From contig QJWC01000031.1 of assembly GCA_003235475.1 (NCBI GenBank), positions 1,042 to 65,041 on the forward strand: a stretch of DNA of 64,000 bases. Reading direction: 5' to 3'. Origin of the DNA: Acidimicrobiia bacterium. GTDB taxonomy: Bacteria > Actinomycetota > Acidimicrobiia > Spongiisociales > UBA5794. The position numbers and the translations under genes are program-made. Positions within the stretch are counted from its first letter, which is position 1, and each line of letters starts with the position of its first letter. The notes beneath the pieces are model-generated. The model worked only from the letters and a program-made list of their open reading frames with translations, made no database searches and had not been told where the DNA came from. Positions 9,766-18,897 of this stretch are shown one piece after another.

Positions 9766-10644
9766 TCATCGCCAACGATGAGGCCGCTCGCGGATGCCCG
9801 TCCAGCCGAGTTCGTCGCACAGTTCGTGGAACGCCTCCCTGTCGACGCCCTTCCACTCAAGGTCCACGAGGGATTGCGGGATCTCAGCGTCGGTGCGGAG
9901 TGTGGCAAGGTCCCGATAGAGCATCGCAGCCTCCATGCCCTCCCGAAGCACCGCGGCAAGTTTCGATGCTCCCCGCACCTTCACCGCCCAGTCATCCTCG
10001 AATGCGGGAATCGACTCGAGGTGCCCGTACTCGGCAAGCAGGGCAGACGAGGATTTCGCACCCCACCCGGCGAGCCCCGGAATCCCGTCCGCGGTGTCGC
10101 CGACGAGGGCCAGGTAGTCGGGGATCGACTCGGGGGCAACGCCGAACTTCTCCCACACGCCCTCAGCGTCGATGAACGCGCCCTTGCGCCTGTCGAACCC
10201 CACGATTTTCGGGTGCCCGTAGAGCTGGCACATGTCCTTGTCCGGTGACATCACGACCACCTGGTCCACTTCAGGGGCATACTTCATCGCTGCCGCTGCG
10301 AGCCCGTCGTCTGCCTCCTGCTCGATCATCGACCACACGGCGACGCCGAGCGTTTCGAGCGCTCGCTCAGCGATCGGGAACTGCGCGTGGAGCTCGGGAG
10401 GTGTCCCCTCTCCTGTCTTGTACCCCTCGAACATGTCGTTCCTGAACGACTCGATGACGGTGTCGAAGGCTGCTCCGACATGGGTCACGCCGTCCTCGGC
10501 GAGCAACGAGAGGGTCGACTGCACCAAGCCGTACGTGGCACCGATCTCCCAACCCTCCGGCGTCGTGCGCGGCGGCGCCCCGAAGTGCGACCTGAACAGT
10601 TCATACGTTCCGTCGAGGAGGTGGACCGTGGTCATTGCCATCAT
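9766..10644 (-). CDS. Stand-alone 5'-3' exonuclease (FEN / Pol I N-terminal domain family)
   Basis: HLLDGTYELFRSHFG, EADDGLAAAA, SPDKDMCQL, and the H3TH motif YLALVGDTADGIPGLAGWGAKSS. Three clustered ATGs lie at 10644, 10641 and 10635, so the exact start is uncertain. The longer track ORF (to 10809) would run into the divergent gene. Confidence 0.8.
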   Translation of the reverse strand: MMAMTTVHLLDGTYELFRSHFGAPPRTTPEGWEIGATYGLVQSTLSLLAEDGVTHVGAAFDTVIESFRNDMFEGYKTGEGTPPELHAQFPIAERALETLGVAVWSMIEQEADDGLAAAAMKYAPEVDQVVVMSPDKDMCQLYGHPKIVGFDRRKGAFIDAEGVWEKFGVAPESIPDYLALVGDTADGIPGLAGWGAKSSSALLAEYGHLESIPAFEDDWAVKVRGASKLAAVLREGMEAAMLYRDLATLRTDAEIPQSLVDLEWKGVDREAFHELCDELGWTGIRERPHRWR

Positions 10645-10723
10645 TCTCGCGCGCTCGACGATTGGAGGGCACACCTGAACACAGATTGGTAGGTTGGCGA
10701 CGCCATTCACAAAAGGAGGACGG

Positions 10724-10987
10724 ATGGGCGACTTCTTGGCCACGGTCATCGGCGCACTCATTGCTGGCGTCATCATCGGGCCGCTCGCAAGGCTGGTGCT
10801 GCCCGGCAAGCAGAACGTGTCGATCGGAATGACGATCGTCCTGGGCGCTGTGGGTGCGTTTGTTGGTGGGATCGTCTACCAAGTCCTGGGCGGCGGCGAC
10901 ACGAGCGGTATCGACTGGATCAAGCTCTTCATCCAGGTTGCGGTCGCAGCCATCGCGGTCGTCATCTACAGCCGAATGAGGGGATAG
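10724..10987 (+). CDS. GlsB/YeaQ/YmgE (transglycosylase-associated) small stress membrane protein
   Basis: MGDFLATVIGALIAGVIIGPLARLVLPGKQN..., with three glycine-rich helices. The ATG at 10724 is preceded by AAAGGAGGA. Confidence 0.8.
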   Translation: MGDFLATVIGALIAGVIIGPLARLVLPGKQNVSIGMTIVLGAVGAFVGGIVYQVLGGGDTSGIDWIKLFIQVAVAAIAVVIYSRMRG

Positions 10988-11002
10988 ACCCCTTCGGGAA
11001 CG

Positions 11003-11039
11003 TGCCCCGTGTCGCGTCCCTCGGGCGCGGCACGGGGTC
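11003..11039 (+). terminator. GC-rich hairpin downstream of the GlsB-family gene
   Basis: CCCCGTGTCGCG (11005-11016) pairs with GCGCGGCACGGGG (11025-11037) around an 8-nt loop, with one mismatch. It lies inside the 5' extension of the 11002 track ORF, which argues for the later MFS start. Confidence 0.5.
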
Positions 11040-11070
11040 GCTTCCGCAAGCCAAACTCGGGAGATACCAC

Positions 11071-12318
11071 GTGAGCGCCGCACGCGAACTCATCGAATCG
11101 CGGTTGAGTCGCGCAACCTTCACCGTGATGATCTCGGCGATGATGGCGGTGACGGCCCTCGCCATCGACATGATGCTCCCTGCCTTCACGGAGATGCGTG
11201 TGTCGTTCGGCCTCGCCCCGGATTCCAATGCTCTCGCACCGGTCGTCACGTTCTTCTTCATCGGTGTCGCCCTCGGAACACCGATCCTCGGCCCGCTCTC
11301 GGACGCGCTCGGACGCAAACCGATCCTCTACATCGGTGGAGTCGTGTACGTGGCCGCGGCAATCGGCGCAGCGCTTGCGCCCTCCCTGCCTCTCCTCTTC
11401 CTCGCTCGGTTCGTCGGCGGTCTCGGGGCGGCCGGACCCCGGGTCGTGGCACTGTCAGTGGTTCGCGACGCCTACGAAGGACAAGCCATGGCTCGCGTCA
11501 TGTCGTTCGTGATGGCAGTCTTCATCCTCGTTCCGGTCGTTGCGCCGAGTGTCGGTTCGCTGTTCGTCGCAATCGGTCCCTGGCAGCTCACCTTCTGGGC
11601 GATCGCGGCGTACGGCGCCGTCGTCACGGTGTGGGCGATACGGCTTCCCGAAACCTTGCACCCGGACCATCGTCTCGCGCTGCAATTCAACAGGCTCGTC
11701 GCCGCCACGCGCATCGTGCTCGGCCACCGCTTCACGATGAGCCTCACCCTCGCCCAGACCGCCGCGTTCGGCTTCTTCGCCTCGCTGATCGCGTCGTCGC
11801 AGCTCTTCATCGAGGACATCTTCGGCCTCGGAGACTGGTTTGCGCTGATCTTCGCTGGACAGGCCGCGATCGTGGGCGTGGGGGTGGCTGTGAACACGCA
11901 GGTGCTCAAGAAGGTTCAGATCCGGTTCGTGCTCAGGGGCGTGTTCGTCGGATACATACTCGGCGGCGTGCTCCTCGTCTTCGTATCCCTTGCTTGGGGT
12001 GGCCGGCCTCCGTTGTGGGCATATCTCGTGGCAACCGTTCCGATCCTCTTCTCACACGCCTTTCTCATGCCGAACCTCAACGCCGCGTCGATGCTCCCGA
12101 TGGGTGCGATCGCAGGGACGGCCGCCGCGGTCATCGGAGCCACATCGATGCTGTTCGGAGCGGTCCTCGGGGCGTTGATCGACCGTGCCTACAACGGGAC
12201 CGTGACGCCGTTCGCCGTCTCCTCACTCGCGTTGGCACTCGTCGGCTTTGCCCTCTTCAAACGCGCTGATCGGATCTGGGACACAGCGATCGACCACCGA
12301 GTCGAAGCGCCGGTATAG
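11071..12318 (+). CDS. MFS transporter (Bcr/CflA drug-resistance-like)
   Basis: 12-TM pattern, with the motif LSDALGRKPIL between TM2 and TM3. GTG at 11071 is preceded by GGGAGA. The track start at 11002 overlaps the hairpin above. Confidence 0.8.
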   Translation: MSAARELIESRLSRATFTVMISAMMAVTALAIDMMLPAFTEMRVSFGLAPDSNALAPVVTFFFIGVALGTPILGPLSDALGRKPILYIGGVVYVAAAIGAALAPSLPLLFLARFVGGLGAAGPRVVALSVVRDAYEGQAMARVMSFVMAVFILVPVVAPSVGSLFVAIGPWQLTFWAIAAYGAVVTVWAIRLPETLHPDHRLALQFNRLVAATRIVLGHRFTMSLTLAQTAAFGFFASLIASSQLFIEDIFGLGDWFALIFAGQAAIVGVGVAVNTQVLKKVQIRFVLRGVFVGYILGGVLLVFVSLAWGGRPPLWAYLVATVPILFSHAFLMPNLNAASMLPMGAIAGTAAAVIGATSMLFGAVLGALIDRAYNGTVTPFAVSSLALALVGFALFKRADRIWDTAIDHRVEAPV

Positions 12319-12336
12319 GTCGGGGTGGTGGCCGCC

Positions 12337-13026
12337 ATGAAACGGATCGGTCTTCTTGGTGGGATGAGCTGGGAGTCGTCGGTCGAGTACGAGCGCATCA
12401 TCAACGAGGAGGTGCGCCGTCGCCTGGGCGGTGCCTCTTCAGCGGACCTCATCATCCGCTCGTACAACTTCGCCGAGATCGAGCAGCTTCAGGAAGAGGG
12501 TCGATGGGAGGCGGCCGGAAGGATCCTCGCTGCGGATGCGGTAACCCTCGAGAGGGCAGGTGCTGAGATCATCCTTCTCTGCACGAACACGATGCACACG
12601 GTCGCCGATGCCATCGAGGATGCCATCGACGTGACGTTCGTCCACATCGCAGATGCCACGGCCGCGGCAATCCATGAACGGGGCCTGTCGACCGTCGGCC
12701 TCCTCGGAACCCGCTACACGATGGAGCAGCCTTTCTATGTCGACCGGATGCGCATGCGCGGCATCGAGACCCTGGTTCCCGGAGAAGCGGACCGTGAGGT
12801 GCTCCACGAGGTGATCTTCGACGAGCTCGTGCGCGGCGTGATCTCACCCACCTCACGGCATGTCCTCGTCGACGTGAGCGACCGCCTCGTCGCACGAGGA
12901 GCGCAAGGGATCATCGCCGGATGCACGGAGATCGAGCTCCTGCTGCGCCCTTCCGATCTCGATGTTCCCTACTTCCAAACGACTGCCCTCCACGCCATCG
13001 CTGCGGTCGACGCATCCCTATCTTGA
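12337..13026 (+). CDS. Aspartate/glutamate racemase family protein
   Basis: KRIGLLGGMSWESS, with the two catalytic-Cys motifs LLCTNTMH and IIAGCTEI. Confidence 0.85.
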   Translation: MKRIGLLGGMSWESSVEYERIINEEVRRRLGGASSADLIIRSYNFAEIEQLQEEGRWEAAGRILAADAVTLERAGAEIILLCTNTMHTVADAIEDAIDVTFVHIADATAAAIHERGLSTVGLLGTRYTMEQPFYVDRMRMRGIETLVPGEADREVLHEVIFDELVRGVISPTSRHVLVDVSDRLVARGAQGIIAGCTEIELLLRPSDLDVPYFQTTALHAIAAVDASLS

Positions 13027-13141
13027 GAAAAAATTCACAAAACCTCTAGACGGCGCCCCTGCTATTGCTTAGACTGAAGGTGAGGAATAAACCGTGCTTG
13101 TGAAAAAAAGCACGAGCACACTCACAGGAAAGGAAAGCACG

Positions 13142-13867
13142 ATGACCAAACGGCTGAAAGCACTCGGGATCGTGATGCTTGTTTTCGGCGTGGTCTTTGC
13201 TGGCGCGGGAATCTACGCATACACGCAGGTTCGTGCCGGAGCGGACTCGCTCCAGGCGTTCAGCACAGCGCAGAACGTGACGCTGTCGTACAACGAGGAC
13301 GGCGTCCTGGTCGACCGTGGCACCACTGAAGGCGCCGAAGCGATCATGACCCTGCTCACCGACGAGTGGGGATACCCGGTCAAGGATTCGGAACTGAATC
13401 CGGATGATCCGCTCGTGAACACCGCATCTGAGTACATGTACCAGATGGCAACGATTGCCTATCACGTCCTCCACGGGACGCAGACCGTCACGCTGACGGA
13501 GGATGCCGAATTCAACGGCGAGCTGTTCCCGGCTGGCGAGTACCAGCTCGAGATCCGCACCGTTGGCGAGCGTGGTGAACTCGGCGGCTACTGGACCGAC
13601 TTCAACCGCTCGCACCCGATCGAGGGTCCCGCGCGGGGACAGGCATGGTCGGGCACCGCTCACGGGTTGATTGGTGAACTCGGCGTCGGCGCCGTCACGG
13701 CATCAACGCTCCAATTGAGCACTGGAATCTCAGCCATGATCTTCGGCGTGGGCCTCACGCTCATCCTGCTCGGAGCAGGACTGATCTGGTCAGCATCCGG
13801 TAAGGAAGAGGACGTTGTCTTCGCCCTTGCCGCACCCGAGCCCTCCAAAGAGCCGGCTGGGGTCTGA
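13142..13867 (+). CDS. Hypothetical bitopic protein (N-terminal and C-terminal TM helix around a roughly 170-aa exported domain)
   Basis: ATG at 13142 follows GGAAAGGAAAG. MTKRLKALGIVMLVFGVVFAGAGIYAY ... ISAMIFGVGLTLILLGAGLIW. I recognise no family. Confidence 0.55.
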   Translation: MTKRLKALGIVMLVFGVVFAGAGIYAYTQVRAGADSLQAFSTAQNVTLSYNEDGVLVDRGTTEGAEAIMTLLTDEWGYPVKDSELNPDDPLVNTASEYMYQMATIAYHVLHGTQTVTLTEDAEFNGELFPAGEYQLEIRTVGERGELGGYWTDFNRSHPIEGPARGQAWSGTAHGLIGELGVGAVTASTLQLSTGISAMIFGVGLTLILLGAGLIWSASGKEEDVVFALAAPEPSKEPAGV

Positions 13868-13888
13868 CGACGAAGTTCAGGCGAGTCA

Positions 13889-13918
13889 GGAGAGGGGACC
13901 CAAAAGGGTCCCCTCTCC
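13889..13918. terminator. Bidirectional hairpin between convergent genes
   Basis: GGAGAGGGGACCC-AAAA-GGGTCCCCTCTCC, a perfect 13-bp stem between the stop at 13867 (+) and the stop at 13999 (-). Confidence 0.6.
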
Positions 13919-13929
13919 TCGTTGTGCGC

Positions 13930-13970
13930 CTGCTCGTTGTCCGGCTGCTCGTTGTCCGGCTGCTCGTCTT
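13930..13970. repeat. 15-bp direct tandem repeat, about 2.7 copies
   Basis: CTGCTCGTTGTCCGG at 13930-13944 and 13945-13959, then a partial CTGCTCGTCTT at 13960-13970. Intergenic. Confidence 0.6.
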
Positions 13971-13998
13971 GCGACGGGGTCGCATCCCGGAAGGACCG

Positions 13999-14943
13999 TC
14001 AGCGCTGCTCGCGTGAGTACGGGATGGCAAGGGCGGCGGGCGCTCCCAGCTTGCGTGCCCGTTCCCCTGATGCAAGGACCAGCATCGCAAGGATTGCAAG
14101 CACGAACGGCAGCATCGCCAAGAGGTTCGAGGGGATGTCGACGCCCTGGGTCTGCAGGTAGAAGTTGAGCTGCCCGGCGGCACCGAAGAGGTAGGCGGCA
14201 AAGAGCGCTCGCCATGGACGCCAGCTCGCGAGGATGACGAGGGCGATTGCGATCCAGCCAGCCTGCCCGATGGGTTCGTCCGTCCAGCTCGGCACGAGTG
14301 CGAGCGAGATGTAGGCGCCACCCAGGCCCGCGAGTGCGCCACCGACCAGCACATGGATGTATCGCACCTTCGCGACATCGATGCCCGCCGACTCGGCGCT
14401 TGGCGGATCTTCGCCGACCGCCCGCAGCGCGAGGCCGGGCTTCGTTCTGAAGATGTAGTAGCTGGTAGCGGCCACGAGGAGCCATGACAGGTACACGAGG
14501 ATGTCGTGGCCGAAGACGAGGGGGCCGATCAGCGGAATGTCCGCCAGTCCCCCCGTGAGGAGAGGTTCGAACGACTTCGGGGCAGGTTCACCGGCAAGCT
14601 GGGTCTCGCCGGCGCGACCGATGAAGGTCGACAGCCCCGTGCCGAAGATGGTGAGTGCGAGGCCGGACACGATCTGGTTCACACGAAGGGTGATGGAGTT
14701 GAACGCGTGGATCGCGGCTGCCGCTGCACCGACGATCAACGACAGAAGCACCCCGAGCCAGAGGCTCTCGACGGTGAACACCGCCCAGAACCCCGCCACG
14801 GCTCCGACGAGCATCATCCCCTGGACGCCGAGGTTCAGGACGCCAGCTCGTTCGGCGAGGATCTCCCCGACGGCGGCGTAGACCACAGGTGTTCCCGCTG
14901 CGATGGCGAGGACCAGGAGGCCGATCTCGGCTGACTCGTTCAC
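13999..14943 (-). CDS. ABC transporter permease, BMP/nucleoside importer (YufQ/NupC-like)
   Basis: 314 aa, polytopic. GTG start in a GTGA overlap with the upstream permease gene. Confidence 0.85.
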   Translation of the reverse strand: MNESAEIGLLVLAIAAGTPVVYAAVGEILAERAGVLNLGVQGMMLVGAVAGFWAVFTVESLWLGVLLSLIVGAAAAAIHAFNSITLRVNQIVSGLALTIFGTGLSTFIGRAGETQLAGEPAPKSFEPLLTGGLADIPLIGPLVFGHDILVYLSWLLVAATSYYIFRTKPGLALRAVGEDPPSAESAGIDVAKVRYIHVLVGGALAGLGGAYISLALVPSWTDEPIGQAGWIAIALVILASWRPWRALFAAYLFGAAGQLNFYLQTQGVDIPSNLLAMLPFVLAILAMLVLASGERARKLGAPAALAIPYSREQR

Positions 14944-16082
14944 GCCGTTGCCCCCTCTGCCTCTGACACTTCTGTCGGAACCGCATCCGGACGTCGGATC
15001 CGATTCCTGATGAGGAACTCACCTGCGACGGCGAAGATCAGGATCGCGCCCTGAAGCATCACAGCGGTGGACGACGGCACACCGATCGACTGGAGCGCGG
15101 GCCCCGAGTTGATGAGCGCGCCGAGCAAGATTGCGACGGGAATCACAACGACGGGGTTGAGACGGGCGAGGGCGGCAACGATGATCCCGGTGAAGCCGAG
15201 ACCGAGCTCGAGGGAGCGAGGATCCATCTTCCCGAGAACGCCGGCGACCATGATCCCCCCGGCGAGCCCGGCTGCCGCCCCAGACATCAGGAACGTGGCG
15301 AAGAAGGTCCGGGACACCTTGACCCCGGCGTACCTCGCTGCGCCCGCGGAGTCGCCCGCGACGCGGTAGCCGAACCCCCACGGGGTGCGGAAGAGCACGA
15401 CCCAGATCAGGATCGCAACGACGACCGCGATGACGAACCCGAGATCGAGGCGGTGGAGGAAGCTTTTGAGGCCGGGGATCAGCTCACCGAACTCCGGAAG
15501 GCGCGCCCTGTCGCTGATCGGGCGGCCCTGCGGGAACTGGGTCGCGTCGGGGTCTCGCCACGGCGAAAAGCTGCCGAACACGAGGTAGTTCATCAAGTTG
15601 ATGGCGATGAAGTTGAGCATCAGCGTCGTGATGATCTCGTTCGTCCCGAGGTACACCCTCGGCGCGGCGGCGATACCTGCCCACAGGGCGCCACCGACCG
15701 CTCCCGCGGAGATGACGAGGACGACCGCGGCAACAGCCGGGACGTTGTCGCCCATCATGATCGCGACGCCGGACGCGAGCACCGCCCCGATCAGCAGCTG
15801 CCCCTCGCCGCCGATGTTCCAGACGAGCATCTTGAAGGCCACGGCTGCAGCGAGCCCCGTGAGGATGAGCGGCGTCGCCGACACGAGCGTCTCGCTGAAC
15901 CCCCGCCACGACCCGAACGCCGTCTTGAGCATCTTCGCGTAGACCTCGATAACGCTGTTGCCGGTGATCGCCAGGAAGATCGCACCGAGCACGAGGGCAG
16001 CCACGACCGAGGCGACGGGAACGGCGAGCTTCACCCAACTGTCTGCGACACCCCGCGGCTCGACGATGAAGCGACGTGTCAC
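14940..16082 (-). CDS. ABC transporter permease, BMP/nucleoside importer (YufP/NupB-like)
   Basis: 380 aa, polytopic. GTG start in a GTGA overlap with the ATPase gene. Confidence 0.85.
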   Translation of the reverse strand: MTRRFIVEPRGVADSWVKLAVPVASVVAALVLGAIFLAITGNSVIEVYAKMLKTAFGSWRGFSETLVSATPLILTGLAAAVAFKMLVWNIGGEGQLLIGAVLASGVAIMMGDNVPAVAAVVLVISAGAVGGALWAGIAAAPRVYLGTNEIITTLMLNFIAINLMNYLVFGSFSPWRDPDATQFPQGRPISDRARLPEFGELIPGLKSFLHRLDLGFVIAVVVAILIWVVLFRTPWGFGYRVAGDSAGAARYAGVKVSRTFFATFLMSGAAAGLAGGIMVAGVLGKMDPRSLELGLGFTGIIVAALARLNPVVVIPVAILLGALINSGPALQSIGVPSSTAVMLQGAILIFAVAGEFLIRNRIRRPDAVPTEVSEAEGATA

Positions 16083-17629
16083 GCGGCGCCTTCCTCGGTA
16101 TGCCCTGCCATGAGGAGGCCGATCTCCTCCGGCGTGGCCTCTTCGGCCGAGAATTCGCCGACAACCTTTCCTTCGTAGAAGACGAGGATCCTGTCGGACA
16201 GCGAGAGGAGCTCGTCGAGATCTTCGGACACGAGCAAGACGCCGATGCCCGCATCACGCTCGGCGAGGATCTGGTTGCGCACCTGTTCGGTCGCACCGAC
16301 GTCGAGGCCCCGCGTGGGCGACCTTGCCATCAGCACGATGTGGTCCTGGGAGACCTCCCTTGCAAACAGCACCTTCTGGAGGTTCCCTCCGGAAAGCAGG
16401 CGGACCGGGAGGCCCGGACGGACACCGCGCACGTCGAAGTCGTCGATGAGCTTGTCGCCGCGGCTCTTGAACACGTCTTGGTCGAGGAGACGGCCCTTGG
16501 CATACGGCGGCTTCCGATACCCTTTCAAAGCAAGGTTTTCTTCGGCCGTGAGCCCGCTGGCGAGCCCCACCCCGAGCCGACTCTGCGGGACGTACGCAAG
16601 TCCTGCGTCGATCCGGTGGGCCACCGTGCGCGACGTGACATCCTTGCCACCGAGCTCGACCGTACCGGCTGTTGGAGCCCGGAGCCCGGCGATCGCATGG
16701 GTCAGCTCCCGCTGGCCGTTGCCAGCTACTCCCGCGATCCCGACGACCTCACCCTGGCGAATGTCGATGGAGACGCCTCGGAGACCTTCGAGGCCACGGT
16801 CGTCGTTCACCGCGAGGTCCCGCACCGAGAGCACGACGGCGCCCCGATCCGCCGAACCCGAGCGCTTCGGGAGGTCGAGGTCGCGCCCGACCATCATGCG
16901 AGCGAGATCCTTCGGGGTCGCATCGACGGTGTCGGCTGAGCCCACGACTCGTCCGTCGCGGAAGACCGTGACCCGGTCGGACACCGCCTTCACCTCGTTG
17001 AGCTTGTGCGACACGAATATCAGGGAACGGCCGTCCTCGGCCATGAGACGCATCGTCCGGAAGAGCGCCTCGCCCTCCTGCGGCGTGAGGACCGCGGTCG
17101 GCTCGTCGAGGATCAGGACGCGGGCTTCGCGGTACAGGAGTTTGAGGATCTCGACGCGCTGCTGCTGCCCGACGGACAGCTGCCACACATACGCGTTGGG
17201 GTCGACCGGGAAGTCGTACCGGTCCCCGAGTTCGTGCGCTTTCGCGACGAGGTCCTTCTCCGAGAGCCTCGTCGGCACGTCGGGGTGACCCAGCGCGAGG
17301 TTCTCGGCGACCGTAAAGTTCATGACGAGCCGGAAGTGCTGGTACACCATCCCGACGCCAGCGGCCAGGGCGTCTTTCGGAGAACCGAACGCCACGGGCT
17401 CGCCGTCGAGCAGGATTTCTCCACTGTCCGGTCGATAGAGGCCTGCGAGGACGGAGCACATCGTTGACTTGCCTGCACCGTTCTCACCGAGGAGGGCGTG
17501 GACCTCGCCGACGCCGAGGTCGAAATCGACGTCGTCGTTCGCCTTGACACCGTAGAAGGACTTGTTGATGCCACGCATCCGAACCGCCGTCTGGGGTGGG
17601 TACGCGGCAGGTCCGGCCATGGGCGTCAC
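16079..17629 (-). CDS. ABC transporter ATP-binding protein with duplicated nucleotide-binding domains
   Basis: First NBD: GENGAGKST, LSVGQQQRVEIL, ILDEPTAVL. Second NBD: LLSGGNLQKV, LMARSPTRGLDV. An alternative ATG lies at 17620. Confidence 0.9.
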   Translation of the reverse strand: MTPMAGPAAYPPQTAVRMRGINKSFYGVKANDDVDFDLGVGEVHALLGENGAGKSTMCSVLAGLYRPDSGEILLDGEPVAFGSPKDALAAGVGMVYQHFRLVMNFTVAENLALGHPDVPTRLSEKDLVAKAHELGDRYDFPVDPNAYVWQLSVGQQQRVEILKLLYREARVLILDEPTAVLTPQEGEALFRTMRLMAEDGRSLIFVSHKLNEVKAVSDRVTVFRDGRVVGSADTVDATPKDLARMMVGRDLDLPKRSGSADRGAVVLSVRDLAVNDDRGLEGLRGVSIDIRQGEVVGIAGVAGNGQRELTHAIAGLRAPTAGTVELGGKDVTSRTVAHRIDAGLAYVPQSRLGVGLASGLTAEENLALKGYRKPPYAKGRLLDQDVFKSRGDKLIDDFDVRGVRPGLPVRLLSGGNLQKVLFAREVSQDHIVLMARSPTRGLDVGATEQVRNQILAERDAGIGVLLVSEDLDELLSLSDRILVFYEGKVVGEFSAEEATPEEIGLLMAGHTEEGAA

Positions 17630-17638
17630 ACTAGAACA

Positions 17639-17671
17639 CGAGGGACCCCTGCGCTGTGCAGGGGTCCCTCG
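17639..17671 (-). terminator. Perfect 14-bp intra-operon hairpin between the binding-protein gene and the ATPase gene
   Basis: CGAGGGACCCCTGC-GCTGT-GCAGGGGTCCCTCG. It lies in the 65-nt gap after the SBP stop at 17695. Confidence 0.55.
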
Positions 17672-17694
17672 TTACCAAACAATGTGTCGCTCGA

Positions 17695-18768
17695 TCAGCC
17701 AGCAGGATCTCCCACAACGCCTTGCACGAAGTAATCCATCGCGAAGATGTCGCCGAGGTCACGCTGGTTTCCGTCCTGGTCCGTCACGGTGGCCGGGAAA
17801 ACGCTGAACTCACCCGAGATGATCTGCGCCTTTCGCTCATCGACGAGCTTGCGCACATCGTCGGGAACCGACGAGCCATACGGGGCGATGTCGACCATGC
17901 CGTCTGCCATGTTTCCGTAGTACTGCTCTGTCGTCCACGTCCCCGCCCGCACGGCCTCCGCCGTCTTCAGGTAGAACGGTCCCCAGTTCCAGACGGGAGC
18001 CGTCAGCCATGCGTCAGGAGCGAACTCCTCCATGTCGGTGTTGTAGCCGGCCCACTTGGCACCCGCCGCTTCGGCGGCGAGGCCCGGAGCGGTGGAGTCC
18101 TGGTGCATCGAGATGACGTCCGCACCCGCGTCGAGGAGCGACTGTGCCGCGTTTCCTTCAACGGGTGGATCGAACCACGTCGACGTCCACACGACCTGCA
18201 CCGTCACGTCGGGATTGACCTCCTGCGCACCAAGCGTGAAGGCGTTGATGCCGCGAAGGACCTCTGGGATCGGAAAGGCTGCGACGTACCCGATGAGGTT
18301 CGTCTCGGTCACCGAACCGGCGACCATGCCTGCGAGGTAGCGGCCCTCCTCGGCAGCACCGAAGTAGGTGCCCATGTTGTCCGCGGTCTTGTAGCCCGTC
18401 GCATGGAGGAACGTGACCTCCGGGTGAGCCGCAGCTGCCTCGAGCATCGGATCCATGTAGCCGAAGGAGGTGCCGAAGATCAGGGTGTTCCCGTCCGCGA
18501 TGAGATCCTCGAACACGCGGAGGCTGTCCGCGCCCTCGGGGATGCTCTCGAGCGTCGTGACGTTGACGTTGTCCATGTTCGCTTCGAGGTACTTCGCGCC
18601 CTGGTCATGAGCCCACGACCAGCCCTTGTCGGACGTTGGTCCGACGTGCACGAAAGCAACCTTGAGTTCCTCGGTGTCGCCCTCTCCGCTGTCATCGCCG
18701 CACGCCGCAGCGACCAGGGAAAGCGCGAGAACCAGAATCGCCAGCGCCTTGAATCTGGTGGCCTTCAT
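17695..18768 (-). CDS. BMP-family (basic membrane lipoprotein, PnrA/Med-like) nucleoside-binding lipoprotein
   Basis: Signal peptide with lipobox LVAAAC. The body (VAFVHVGPTSDKGWSWAHD..., FGTSFGYMDP) is typical of the BMP family. Confidence 0.88.
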   Translation of the reverse strand: MKATRFKALAILVLALSLVAAACGDDSGEGDTEELKVAFVHVGPTSDKGWSWAHDQGAKYLEANMDNVNVTTLESIPEGADSLRVFEDLIADGNTLIFGTSFGYMDPMLEAAAAHPEVTFLHATGYKTADNMGTYFGAAEEGRYLAGMVAGSVTETNLIGYVAAFPIPEVLRGINAFTLGAQEVNPDVTVQVVWTSTWFDPPVEGNAAQSLLDAGADVISMHQDSTAPGLAAEAAGAKWAGYNTDMEEFAPDAWLTAPVWNWGPFYLKTAEAVRAGTWTTEQYYGNMADGMVDIAPYGSSVPDDVRKLVDERKAQIISGEFSVFPATVTDQDGNQRDLGDIFAMDYFVQGVVGDPAG

Positions 18769-18897
18769 TCAGTTTCCTCTCTTGTCCGAGTCCCGATCCC
18801 CGACGTCCGCGCATCCGGGGCACCGTGCGCCACTCTAGATCCTTTCCAGCAGACGGAACTTCGGGGTCGGACCGCTCGGCGGAACTATCGTCGCGGC

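Noticed and set aside
8814-10175. 453-aa plus-strand ORF. Similar long antisense ORFs lie at 30826-32427, 37884-39722, 40214-41374, 48999-50738, 54614-56431, 35584-36618, 27484-28503 and 29709-30743.
   Set aside because: Each lies opposite a gene with clear family motifs and is Arg/Pro/Gly-rich. This is typical of stop-poor antisense frames in GC-rich DNA.
13930-13970. Possible CRISPR-like or minisatellite array
   Set aside because: There are only 2.7 contiguous copies of a 15-mer with no spacers and no cas genes, so I treated it as a trivial tandem repeat.
17656-18897. 5' two-fifths of the 837-aa plus-strand ORF
   Set aside because: It is antisense to the BMP lipoprotein gene and has low-complexity Arg-rich content. 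The recognisable HutF-like sequence begins at the ATG at 18898.
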